Shown here one piece after another: positions 41,753 through 50,400 of a stretch of 53,288 nt of DNA. The notes below the pieces were generated by a model. The model ran no database searches, was not told the DNA's origin, and worked only from the letters and a program-made list of their open reading frames with translations. Position 1 is the first letter of the stretch. Every line of letters begins with the position of its first letter. This stretch comes from Rickettsia typhi (GTDB taxonomy: Bacteria; Pseudomonadota; Alphaproteobacteria; Rickettsiales; JABSSG01). Made by a program: the position numbers and the translations under genes. The DNA is taken from contig CAMDPW010000004.1 in the NCBI GenBank assembly GCA_945905715.1, forward strand, positions 1 through 53,288. The letters run 5' to 3'.

Positions 41753-41814
41753 CTTACAGCTCAGTTGTAAGCTATATTGACATTACTCTCATGTAGAAAA
41801 TCCTTTTTCTACAT
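41753..41814. repeat. Two adjacent inverted repeats
   Basis: CTTACAGC-TCA-GTTGTAAG (41753-41771, one mismatch) and perfect ATGTAGAAAA-TCCT-TTTTCTACAT (41791-41814). Confidence 0.6.
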
Positions 41815-42033
41815 AGTTTTGGTAGTTTTGTAATTTCAAGCTGTAATTCTATTTCTGTTCCTGGAGCTGTCTATCTACTAAATATACTATTAGTCAAACC
41901 AGATGATTGCTATAGTTACATGTGTTAAAATGATCTTCCCTCTGTCCGTTTCTTGTTTTAAGCTAATAAACCGACCCTTGGTATGAGCTTGATTCTTGTG
42001 TAAATTAACGATACAAAATTTGCTTTTGGATAG

Positions 42034-42219
42034 TCAATACCAAAATCTTCCATGATAAATTTTTGCAAAACATGAAGTTAGAAAATTTATATTGTCTAAT
42101 AATATTGCGGCATATATATAAATTTTATTACCAATTTTATGTTTTATTAGGCGTACGGTAAGAGATTTAAAATCTAAATTATAGCCTTGTTTCTTTAAAT
42201 TATGCATAATAGCGCCAGT
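42034..42219 (-). pseudogene. Probable IS4-family DDE transposase fragment
   Basis: Manual translation TGAIMHNLKKQGYNLDFKSLTVRLIKHKIGNKIYIYAAILLD...AKIYHGR, then a frameshift to GID. This resembles the IS4 segment LRLIKY.I....Y.L.TTLLD...LY..RW.IE leading to the YREK motif. Confidence 0.5.
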
Positions 42220-42280
42220 TTAAGTGCTAAAAGCTTAGAAGCATTCTTTCGCTCCCTACTGCTTGAGGCCGTTCAGGTGA

Positions 42281-42739
42281 GCAAGGACCGTTAAACCAAA
42301 ACATGTTTTTGCTGAAAGCATTGACATCGATGACTATCATGGCAAGAATAGCGGTGATCCTTTAGATGATATCGTGGTTTTTAAAGATAGATACGATTTG
42401 CCTGAGACTGTCCAAAAGGTTGGACTAAATTATCCTAGAAATGCCAAATATGCTGGAAAAGCTTACCTTCCAGAAGAGTTGCCTGATAGTATAAAAACTA
42501 TATACCCTGATTTTACACCTTATACGATTAAAGCAGTAAGGCTTGATAAGTTTACTAATCATTATGATGATTTAAGAGATGCGAATAAATTCGTTGGCTT
42601 AAAAACTAAACCAGATGGTTATACTTGGCATCATCATGAGGATAGAACAACTATGCAACTTGTGTCAGAAGATTTGCATGTTGCTTTTAAACATACTGGA
42701 GGAATGTCAACTACAAAACATGGAGTTAATACAAAATGA
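42281..42739 (+). CDS. Orphan WHH-family (HNH/EndoVII fold) nuclease toxin domain, 5'-truncated
   Basis: PRN..YAG, PDF.PY, D...AN, PDGYTWHHHED..TMQLV...H....HTGG. The frame is open from 42281 (after a TGA) with no ATG before the track's GTG at 42374. Confidence 0.85.
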   Translation, partial: ARTVKPKHVFAESIDIDDYHGKNSGDPLDDIVVFKDRYDLPETVQKVGLNYPRNAKYAGKAYLPEELPDSIKTIYPDFTPYTIKAVRLDKFTNHYDDLRDANKFVGLKTKPDGYTWHHHEDRTTMQLVSEDLHVAFKHTGGMSTTKHGVNTK

Positions 42740-43495
42740 AAAATATTACAATTAATAATGAGAGAACAAAATTGAATATCAGAGATATTAATCTTTTAGA
42801 AAATAATTTTGATATTAAATTACCTGAAGATTACAAAAATTTTCTTCTAACCCATAACGGCGGATATCCAGAAAAAGATTGTTACTCTTTTATTGAAGTT
42901 GAAAATGCTTCAAATTTAAAGCGCTTTCTTGCTTTTTATGATATTAAAGTTGATTTTCATGTGCAGATATTATGATGATTTGGTCAAAGAATATTTGATA
43001 CTTAAGGTATAGAATACCTCAAGAATGTATTCCAATTGCTCGTGATTCAGGCGGTAACTACGTATGCTTAGGTATAAAGGGATCTGAATATGGAAGGTTT
43101 ACTTTTGGGATCGCGAAGAGGAAGTAGATGAAGGTGAGCATCCAACATTTGCAAATATGTACTTGATTGCTAATAATTTTACTGGTTTTATTAATAGTCT
43201 TTACAGTGTTGATATCAAAAAACAAGAAAATAAAGAAGGCATATTTTCTAGTCCTAAATACATAGATAAACATGATAATTACTCTTTACCCTTTTCTGCA
43301 CAAGTCAAAAAATATGGTTCTATTGTCACTGATTTCTTTAATAAAGCCCCTATAGAAGTGAAAGATTATCTAATAGAAAGAGATACTGAAGAGCTTACCT
43401 TAAAATATGAAGTAAAATCTGAAAATAAACGACATATTAGAAGAATAAACAAAGATGGTGAGATAATCGAAGAAAAAATAGAAAAAATGAATTAA
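42736..43495 (+). pseudogene. SMI1/KNR4 (SUKH) immunity protein with C-terminal extension, frameshifted
   Basis: The pieces join across frames: LENNFDIKLPEDYKNFLLTHNGG / YYDDLVKEY / RIPQECIPIARDSGGNYVCL....EYG / KVYFWDREEE...MYLIANNFTGFINSL. Lesions lie near 42965, 43005 and 43094. ATGA-style 4-nt overlap with the toxin stop (ATG at 42736, TGA 42737-42739). Confidence 0.85.
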
Positions 43496-43555
43496 CTCAA
43501 TTGACCTATCAGCAGAGTAGATAAAAAAGTTCTATAGGCCTACGCGTAGCGCGTG

Positions 43556-43756
43556 TTAAAAGTCACCATAGCGCATTATACGGCCTTTGAAAATCATTTG
43601 AACGGAAAGGTTCTCTAAGGAATTTTTATTATCTTCTAAAACAAGGTAAAGATAGAAAGTAGCCCTTGCAATATTCAACATTTTGCAGATACCTTTGATG
43701 CTCATATAATGTTTTATGCATCTTCTTTCGCACTTCTTCACTGCTGACAACCTCAA
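43556..43756 (-). pseudogene. Serine recombinase (resolvase/invertase) C-terminal HTH remnant
   Basis: SIKGICKMLNIARATFYLYL matches the resolvase HTH pattern S..EI...LGISR.T.YRYL; no catalytic N-terminal domain is visible upstream. Confidence 0.55.
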
Positions 43757-43757
43757 C

Positions 43758-44040
43758 TTATATCCATCTTTCTTTATTTTCCTCTAGTATACATAACTTC
43801 TCTTTTATTCTCTTTCGCAATTCATCCTCATCTATGTAGCTCCATTCATTATGTTATTCTTCACTGAATTTATGGAATTCTGATCCTATTGAGAAATCAC
43901 AGCCTGCTACCTCGGCTTCTTCCACATTTTTAGGCCAAAAGTCTTCCAAATCCACCTCTTAACCTATTAAAAACTGGCAAGAAAAAAGGCTCTCCTGTGA
44001 TCCCATATTGTTGAACATCAGTTATAAGTAAAAAAGTTCT
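43758..44040 (-). pseudogene. Eroded acidic hypothetical gene
   Basis: Manual translation ...QYGITGEPFFLPVFNRL / EVDLEDFWPKNVEEAEVAGCDFSIGSEFHKFSEE*HNEWSYIDEDELRKRIKEKLCILEENKERWI*; protein-like, with one internal stop and one frameshift. Confidence 0.4.
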
Positions 44041-44067
44041 GCTGAGATGTTAATTAATTGATAAATA

Positions 44068-44862
44068 TCAAGCTTTATTACTAAATCTTATTTTGATTAC
44101 TACAATAGTACCAATTATTATCATCAATATACTAAGAATTTGTCCCATTGTGATACTATGTATAATGAAACCTAGTTGTTTATCTGGTTGGCGAAAGTTT
44201 TCTATTATGAATCTAAAGAAAGCATATAAAAAACAGAATAATCCAGAAATCATTCCTTTCGATTTATATATTTTAAATCTTATCATCAATATGTTTAATA
44301 TTACAAATAGCAATAATCCTTCTGATAAAGCTTCGTAGATTTGACTCGGGTGTCTAGCTATGTTCTCACCAGGAAATACTACAGCCCATGAAACATTTGT
44401 AATTCTGCCATATAATTCATTATTAATAAAATTAGCAATTCTACCAAGAAAAATTCCTATTGGTGCACAACAAGCGCTTATATCAAGTATAGCAAAGATG
44501 TTGGTTTTATGCATTCGACAGACTATCGTCGTTGCAATACAAAAGCCAATCAAACCACCATGAAAAGACATACCACCATTCCAGGTTTTGAGTATTTCTA
44601 GTGGATATGCAAAATAATAAGTATGCTCATATATTAATACAAACCCTAACCTACCACCGATTACAATACCAATAATTATTCCGGTTACTAAATCATCAAG
44701 AAAATCACAAGACATTTCTAGCTTAATTTTTTTCGCTAAATATTTGAATTGTATAGCTCCTAGAAAAATACCAAATACATAGGCTAATGAATACCATCTT
44801 ATTGGTATTGGTCCAAGCTCTATTAAAATTGGGTTAATATAAGGTAAAATTATTGCTTGCAT
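44068..44862 (-). CDS. lgt: Prolipoprotein diacylglyceryl transferase
   Basis: IRWYSLAY, GGRLG, GGMSFHGG, GRIANFINNELYGR, RHPSQIYE. Confidence 0.97.
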   Translation of the reverse strand: MQAIILPYINPILIELGPIPIRWYSLAYVFGIFLGAIQFKYLAKKIKLEMSCDFLDDLVTGIIIGIVIGGRLGFVLIYEHTYYFAYPLEILKTWNGGMSFHGGLIGFCIATTIVCRMHKTNIFAILDISACCAPIGIFLGRIANFINNELYGRITNVSWAVVFPGENIARHPSQIYEALSEGLLLFVILNILMIRFKIYKSKGMISGLFCFLYAFFRFIIENFRQPDKQLGFIIHSITMGQILSILMIIIGTIVVIKIRFSNKA

Positions 44863-44920
44863 GTCTCTCTCTTTTTGTCTACGAATGCATTCAGAGCATT
44901 AATATCGCACCACATTGTTG

Positions 44921-45862
44921 TCAATAGGATCTTGGGTGGGTTTTATTATAAATCTCAAAAAGTCTTTTTTGATCAATTTTGGTATATATTTGTGTAGTTG
45001 ATAGGCTTTTATGACCTAGAAGTTCTTGAATAGAACGCAAATCTGCACCATTTGCAAGTAAATGCGTAGCAAAGCCATGTCTAAATGAGTGTGGCGTAAG
45101 GAATTCTGGTAAATTCAAATTACGCCTAGTTTTTAGTATAAGTTTTTGCACATTACCTGCATTGAGTTTTTGTCCTCTTTTTCCTAGGAATATAGGTTGA
45201 GAATTATTGATGTCATAAGGGCAATGTTCTAAATAATGATTAATTGCTGTAGTGACTCGAGGTAAAATAGGTACAGAGCGAAATTGATTGCCTTTGCCAA
45301 TTACTGTGATAAATTCATCATTGATGTTATTTTGATTTAAAGATAAAGCTTCAGAAATTCTTAAACCGCAACCATAAATTAGTATCATAATTGCATAATC
45401 TCTAATTCGTATCCAAGGACTTGTATTTGATTTCAGCATTTCATCTATAATGGCGATGGTATTTTTTTCGTCCACAGTTTTTGGCAGAGGCTTATTTATT
45501 TTTCTGATTTTAACGTTAAAAGCAGCTTTGTTATTAAAATTCTCGTATCTATTTAAATAGCAGTAAAAATTTCGTAACGAGGCTAGATGTCTGGCCGTAG
45601 AGGTAGTTGCTTGTGCTTGATTTTTTAACCATGCTAACCATGCTCTAACTTCGCTAATCGTAAGATTTTTGATTGTGTCTACGCATGTTTGCTCATTGGT
45701 ATAGCTACTTAAGAAATGAAATATACAAGAGATATCATTATGATAAGAGATTGCAGTGTTATCAGAATAGTTTTTTTCGTCCTTTAGCCAAATGAGCCAT
45801 TTAGTACCAAGGTCATTTAGTTCGCTGCTAATGTTGCACCCACTAAAATCTTTATTTCGCAT
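44921..45862 (-). CDS. xerC: Tyrosine recombinase XerC
   Basis: YGCGLRISE, GKG, TPHSFRH.FATHLL, DLRSIQELLGHKSLSTTQIY, HPR. Confidence 0.88.
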   Translation of the reverse strand: MRNKDFSGCNISSELNDLGTKWLIWLKDEKNYSDNTAISYHNDISCIFHFLSSYTNEQTCVDTIKNLTISEVRAWLAWLKNQAQATTSTARHLASLRNFYCYLNRYENFNNKAAFNVKIRKINKPLPKTVDEKNTIAIIDEMLKSNTSPWIRIRDYAIMILIYGCGLRISEALSLNQNNINDEFITVIGKGNQFRSVPILPRVTTAINHYLEHCPYDINNSQPIFLGKRGQKLNAGNVQKLILKTRRNLNLPEFLTPHSFRHGFATHLLANGADLRSIQELLGHKSLSTTQIYTKIDQKRLFEIYNKTHPRSY

Positions 45863-45871
45863 TTAAATGTA

Positions 45872-47236
45872 TTACTTTCCTATACAAAAATTACTAAAAA
45901 TCTCTTCTAGAATGGAGTCTATATCAATTTTACCAGTAATTCTACTTAAATAGCTAGATGCTAGTCTCAAGTCTTCTGCAGCAAGTTCAATGTTTTTTTT
46001 CAAATCAAATATCACAAGATGAGATTTGCAATGTTCTAGGTTTTCTCTATGTCTTTGCCTAGTGATGAGCGGTGCATCGGTAATAGAAAAAAAATTACTT
46101 ACATGAGTACTCAGTTTATCTAGTAAATCAGTTATACCGATCTGTTCTTGTGCTGAAATTAGTATAGGTGTTTTATTATTGATTCTTATTAAATTTAACC
46201 TTTCAGGATTGTTAATTAAATCAATTTTATTGAATACGATGATAGTATTTTCATCAATAAATTCTTGGATTACTATGCTAATATTATGCAAACTATTAGC
46301 TTCAAGTACTAAAATTTTAAGATCAGCTTCTCTTACTTTAGCGATTGTTCTTCTTATAGATTCATTTTCAAGAAAATCAGAACATTCTCGTATACCAGCA
46401 GTATCAGCTATTGTAACAGGATAACCAGCAATGTCTAAATGAATTTCAACCGCATCACGTGTTGTACCCGCGATACTTGATACTATCGCTACATCACGTT
46501 TAGCAATATTATTCATTAATGAAGATTTGCCAACATTTGGTTCGCCAATGATAGTGATATAAAAACCGTTGCATAATTTTTCACCTCGATGATTGTCGGT
46601 TAGGTGGTTCAATATTTTATTGTGCAGTGATGTCACCTGCTTTTCAACATTGACAATTATATCTTTCGGTAAATCTTCATCTGGAAAATCAATATATGCT
46701 TCAATTAAACCGATGATATGCAGTAATTGTGTACGCCAATTTTCATAAAGTGAGCCAAGACTGCCAGAGAGTTGCTTAATAGCCTGTCTATGTTGCGCTT
46801 CAGTTTCAGCATTAATCAAATCTATTAATGCTTCAGCTTGGGTTAAATCCATTTTTCCATTCATAAAGCGGCGTTTTGAGAATTCTCCTGGTTCAGCTAA
46901 TCTTAGTCCTGGTACTTGAGATAATGAGTCTAGAGTAAGATTTAAAACTGCTCTACCACCATGAATATTAAGTTCAATTACGTCTTCGCCAGTGAAGCTA
47001 GTTGGCGATGGATAGAAAATTGTAATACATTCATCAATTAAGTTCTTTGTTTTAGGGTGAAATATTTTAGTTATTTTAGCAAATCTCGCTTGCCCAACTT
47101 TACTACCCAAGACCTCCATCGCATACTTACTGCTTGGTCCAGATATTCTGACTATTGCAATTCCAGCTTTCGCTGTTGAGGAAGCTGGTGCATATATTGT
47201 ATCCTGACTAGTTCTTAAATTTGTTGTGAATAACAT
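45872..47236 (-). CDS. mnmE: tRNA modification GTPase MnmE/TrmE
   Basis: SFTGEDVIE, GEPNVGKSS, GTTRD, DTAG, NKID, C-terminal FCIGK. Confidence 0.97.
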   Translation of the reverse strand: MLFTTNLRTSQDTIYAPASSTAKAGIAIVRISGPSSKYAMEVLGSKVGQARFAKITKIFHPKTKNLIDECITIFYPSPTSFTGEDVIELNIHGGRAVLNLTLDSLSQVPGLRLAEPGEFSKRRFMNGKMDLTQAEALIDLINAETEAQHRQAIKQLSGSLGSLYENWRTQLLHIIGLIEAYIDFPDEDLPKDIIVNVEKQVTSLHNKILNHLTDNHRGEKLCNGFYITIIGEPNVGKSSLMNNIAKRDVAIVSSIAGTTRDAVEIHLDIAGYPVTIADTAGIRECSDFLENESIRRTIAKVREADLKILVLEANSLHNISIVIQEFIDENTIIVFNKIDLINNPERLNLIRINNKTPILISAQEQIGITDLLDKLSTHVSNFFSITDAPLITRQRHRENLEHCKSHLVIFDLKKNIELAAEDLRLASSYLSRITGKIDIDSILEEIFSNFCIGK

Positions 47237-47446
47237 TTAAATTCATGATGACATATTTAATATTGATAAATAAAAGATAATTTTCTTATTGTAAATATAA
47301 ACCACTTAATGGATAAAAATCTAAAATAACCAAATTCAATGTGTTTAAATTTTATTGGCGAATATTTTCTTAAGTACTTTTTAAGTATTTGAGTTTATAA
47401 TCAATAGAGTGTATACGCATAAATTATGATTTATTAAGGTGAGATT

Positions 47447-50400
47447 ATGGTGAGTACTGAAGGCATAAAGCAAGAAATTCTTGCTAGACTTAGTAAAAGA
47501 GCTAATAATAATGAATTGCTTCAAGCATTTGTGCATTCATTTTATTCTTATACATCTCTAGATTACAATGATGATTACGATATAGAGGGATTGATTGATA
47601 TTGCGATAGAAAGCTTTGAGTATTTTAAGCATCGGACCTTAGGAAAACATCAAATACACATTAGTAATGCAGTTATAGCGAGTGGCAATAATATTGAAGA
47701 CTACACTATAGTAAAAATCGTTAACGATGATATGCCTTTTTTAGTAGATTCAGTGACTGGGCTAATTAAGAAGAAACATCAAATTAGACAATTTATAAAT
47801 ACTTTGTTATCAGTTGAACGTGATAAAAATGGTAATATTGTAAGTATAAATAAAGAAAAGCATGCAAAACCAAATGAATCTTTTTTGTATATTAAATTAA
47901 AGCCTATTAAAGATAGCGCTTTAGCTAATAGATTATCAATTGAATTATCTTATGTTTTAAATCAGGTGAGATCATCCGTAACAGATTGGCATGCCATGCT
48001 TAAAGCCGTAGAACAAACTCTTGCTTGGTTTTCTAATGATAAGGATGAAAACAGTGTGTTTTTACAATGGGTAGGCAATGGTAATTTTACTTTCACTGGA
48101 TATAGAGAGTATGCCTTATCTGACCGCGGTAAAGAAACAAAAATTATATACGACAAGAAAACTGATTTAGGAATTTTACGAGGCGAAGATCAAGATTTAA
48201 GTAATGATATTATTGAAGATGTATTTGTTGCTAATGATTTTTTTCATAATAATAATGACGTCATTACTATTAACAAAATTAGAACTATCTCTAAAGTTCA
48301 TAGATATGTTAGTACTGATTATATTTGCGTTTTACATAAGCAAAATAACGATCAGCTGATAGCGCGAATTTTTCTTGGTTTGTTTGTAAGTAAATTAGAT
48401 TATCAAAGTGTTCTTACAATTCCACTAATAAAAAATAAAGTTCTGTCGGTTATGCAGCGTGCTGGTTTTGATAAAGCAAGTTTCTTAGGCAAGGAATTGT
48501 TTAGCATTGTCGAAACTCTACCTCGAGATGAGTTATTTCAATTGATAGAAGAAGATTTATTTCAAACATCAATGAAAGTTCTGTCTTGCTTAAATAATCC
48601 TCGATTGTTGGCTTTTGCTCGAGCCACTCAATGTAAGAATTTTTTGAATGTATTAGTTTTTTTTCCAGAATCCAGAGTTACATCAGATGTTGTAGATAAA
48701 GTACGTAACGTAGTTAAAGCATTTATTCCTGGAAAAATCATTCATCAAGTATTAAAAATTTCTAGTATGGCTCTTGCGTATGTATATTTAGTCATCAGAG
48801 TAAAAGATAATACAAAATTAGATCTAGATTTGAGTGTCATAGAGCGTAATTTAGATGTAGTCACAAGCTTATGGAATGAAAAATTAGGCTTTTATATTGA
48901 AAAGCAATTTGGAAAAGCAAATCTTAATACTTTGTTGTCCGTTTACAATAAAGCGTTTCCAGCAAATTATCATATAAATTTTACCGTTGAAAATGCAGTT
49001 GAGGATATCGTCTATGTAGAAAGGCTTAAAGATAGTCAGGACATCCTTTTTAACCTGTATCAAGAGTCTAATGCTAAGAAAAATTACTTTAGTTTAAAAA
49101 TTTATAATGTAGGCTCTAAAATAGAATTATTTAAAATAATGCCTATTATTGAAAATTTAGGTTTTCAAAGTATTGAAGAGAATATTTTTGTCTTAGACTT
49201 TGCTAAGTTTGGCTTACCTGTTTTTATACAGCAATTTTCTTTATATGTTTCTAATAAAAAAACGTTTAATCAAGATGATATTAAGCAAAATATTGAAGAA
49301 GCAATTGCAGTAGTGTTTCAAGGTAAGCTTAAAAATGACCATATCAATAGTTTGATTTTGTTGGCTGGTTTAGAGTGGCGTCAAGTGTTTCTTCTCAGCG
49401 CTTACTGTAGATATATCATGCAAATAAAATTTCCTTATAGCCAAGAGTATATTTGCTTAGTTTTGGTTAAGCATGCCTTTTTAACCAAACATCTAGTTGA
49501 GTTGTTCTATTATATGTTTAATATTGATCTTGAAGCAAAATCAGATTTATCAAAACTTAAATATAAAATTAAGTGCGATTTAGATAAGATCTTGGATAGC
49601 GTAGAAGATAAAGTTATCAGGAAATTCTTAGACTTAATAAACAATACTTTGCGAACAAATTATTTCCAAACAAATGACAGCGGAAATCAAAAAAATTATA
49701 TTTCTTTAAAACTTAGCTCTTCTACTATACCCGATTTACCACAACCAAGACCATTTGTGGAAATTTTTGTTTATTCATCACGAATGGAAGGTATTCACTT
49801 GCGTGGGGGCAAAGTAGCGCGCGGTGGAATTAGATGGTCTGATCGTAGCGAAGATTACCGTACTGAAGTTTTGGGTTTGATGAAAGCGCAAATGACCAAA
49901 AACTCTATTATCATACCAGTTGGTTCAAAAGGTGGTTTTTTAGTTAAAAATGCAAAGCAATTTACTAGTAAAGATGAGTATTTTGCAGAAGGTGTGGAAT
50001 GTTATAAAACATTGTTAAGAGGCATGCTTGATATTACTGATAATATAATAGATAGAAAAGTTGTTCACCCCAAAAATGTGGTCTGCTTAGATGATGATGA
50101 TCCATACTTAGTAGTGGCTGCAGATAAGGGCACAGCAACATTTTCTGATATAGCAAATCACGTTTCCAAAGAGTACAATTTTTGGTTAGGCGATGCTTTT
50201 GCTTCAGGAGGATCTGCTGGTTATGACCATAAAAAAATTGGCATTACTGCTAAAGGTGCTTGGATATCTGTACTTGAGCATTTTAAATCTCTTGGTATTC
50301 ATCATGATCGCGATACTTTTACAGTTACAGGGATTGGCGACATGTCAGGTGATGTTTTTGGTAATGGTTTATTATTATCGCCTAATATTAGATTAGTTGC

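Noticed and set aside
43058-43273. 71-aa minus-strand ORF in the islet
   Set aside because: Antisense to the reconstructed SUKH gene, which explains the sequence better.
44921-45862. Tyrosine recombinase as the integrase of the toxin islet
   Set aside because: It has XerC signatures, sits between housekeeping mnmE and lgt, and lgt separates it from the islet.
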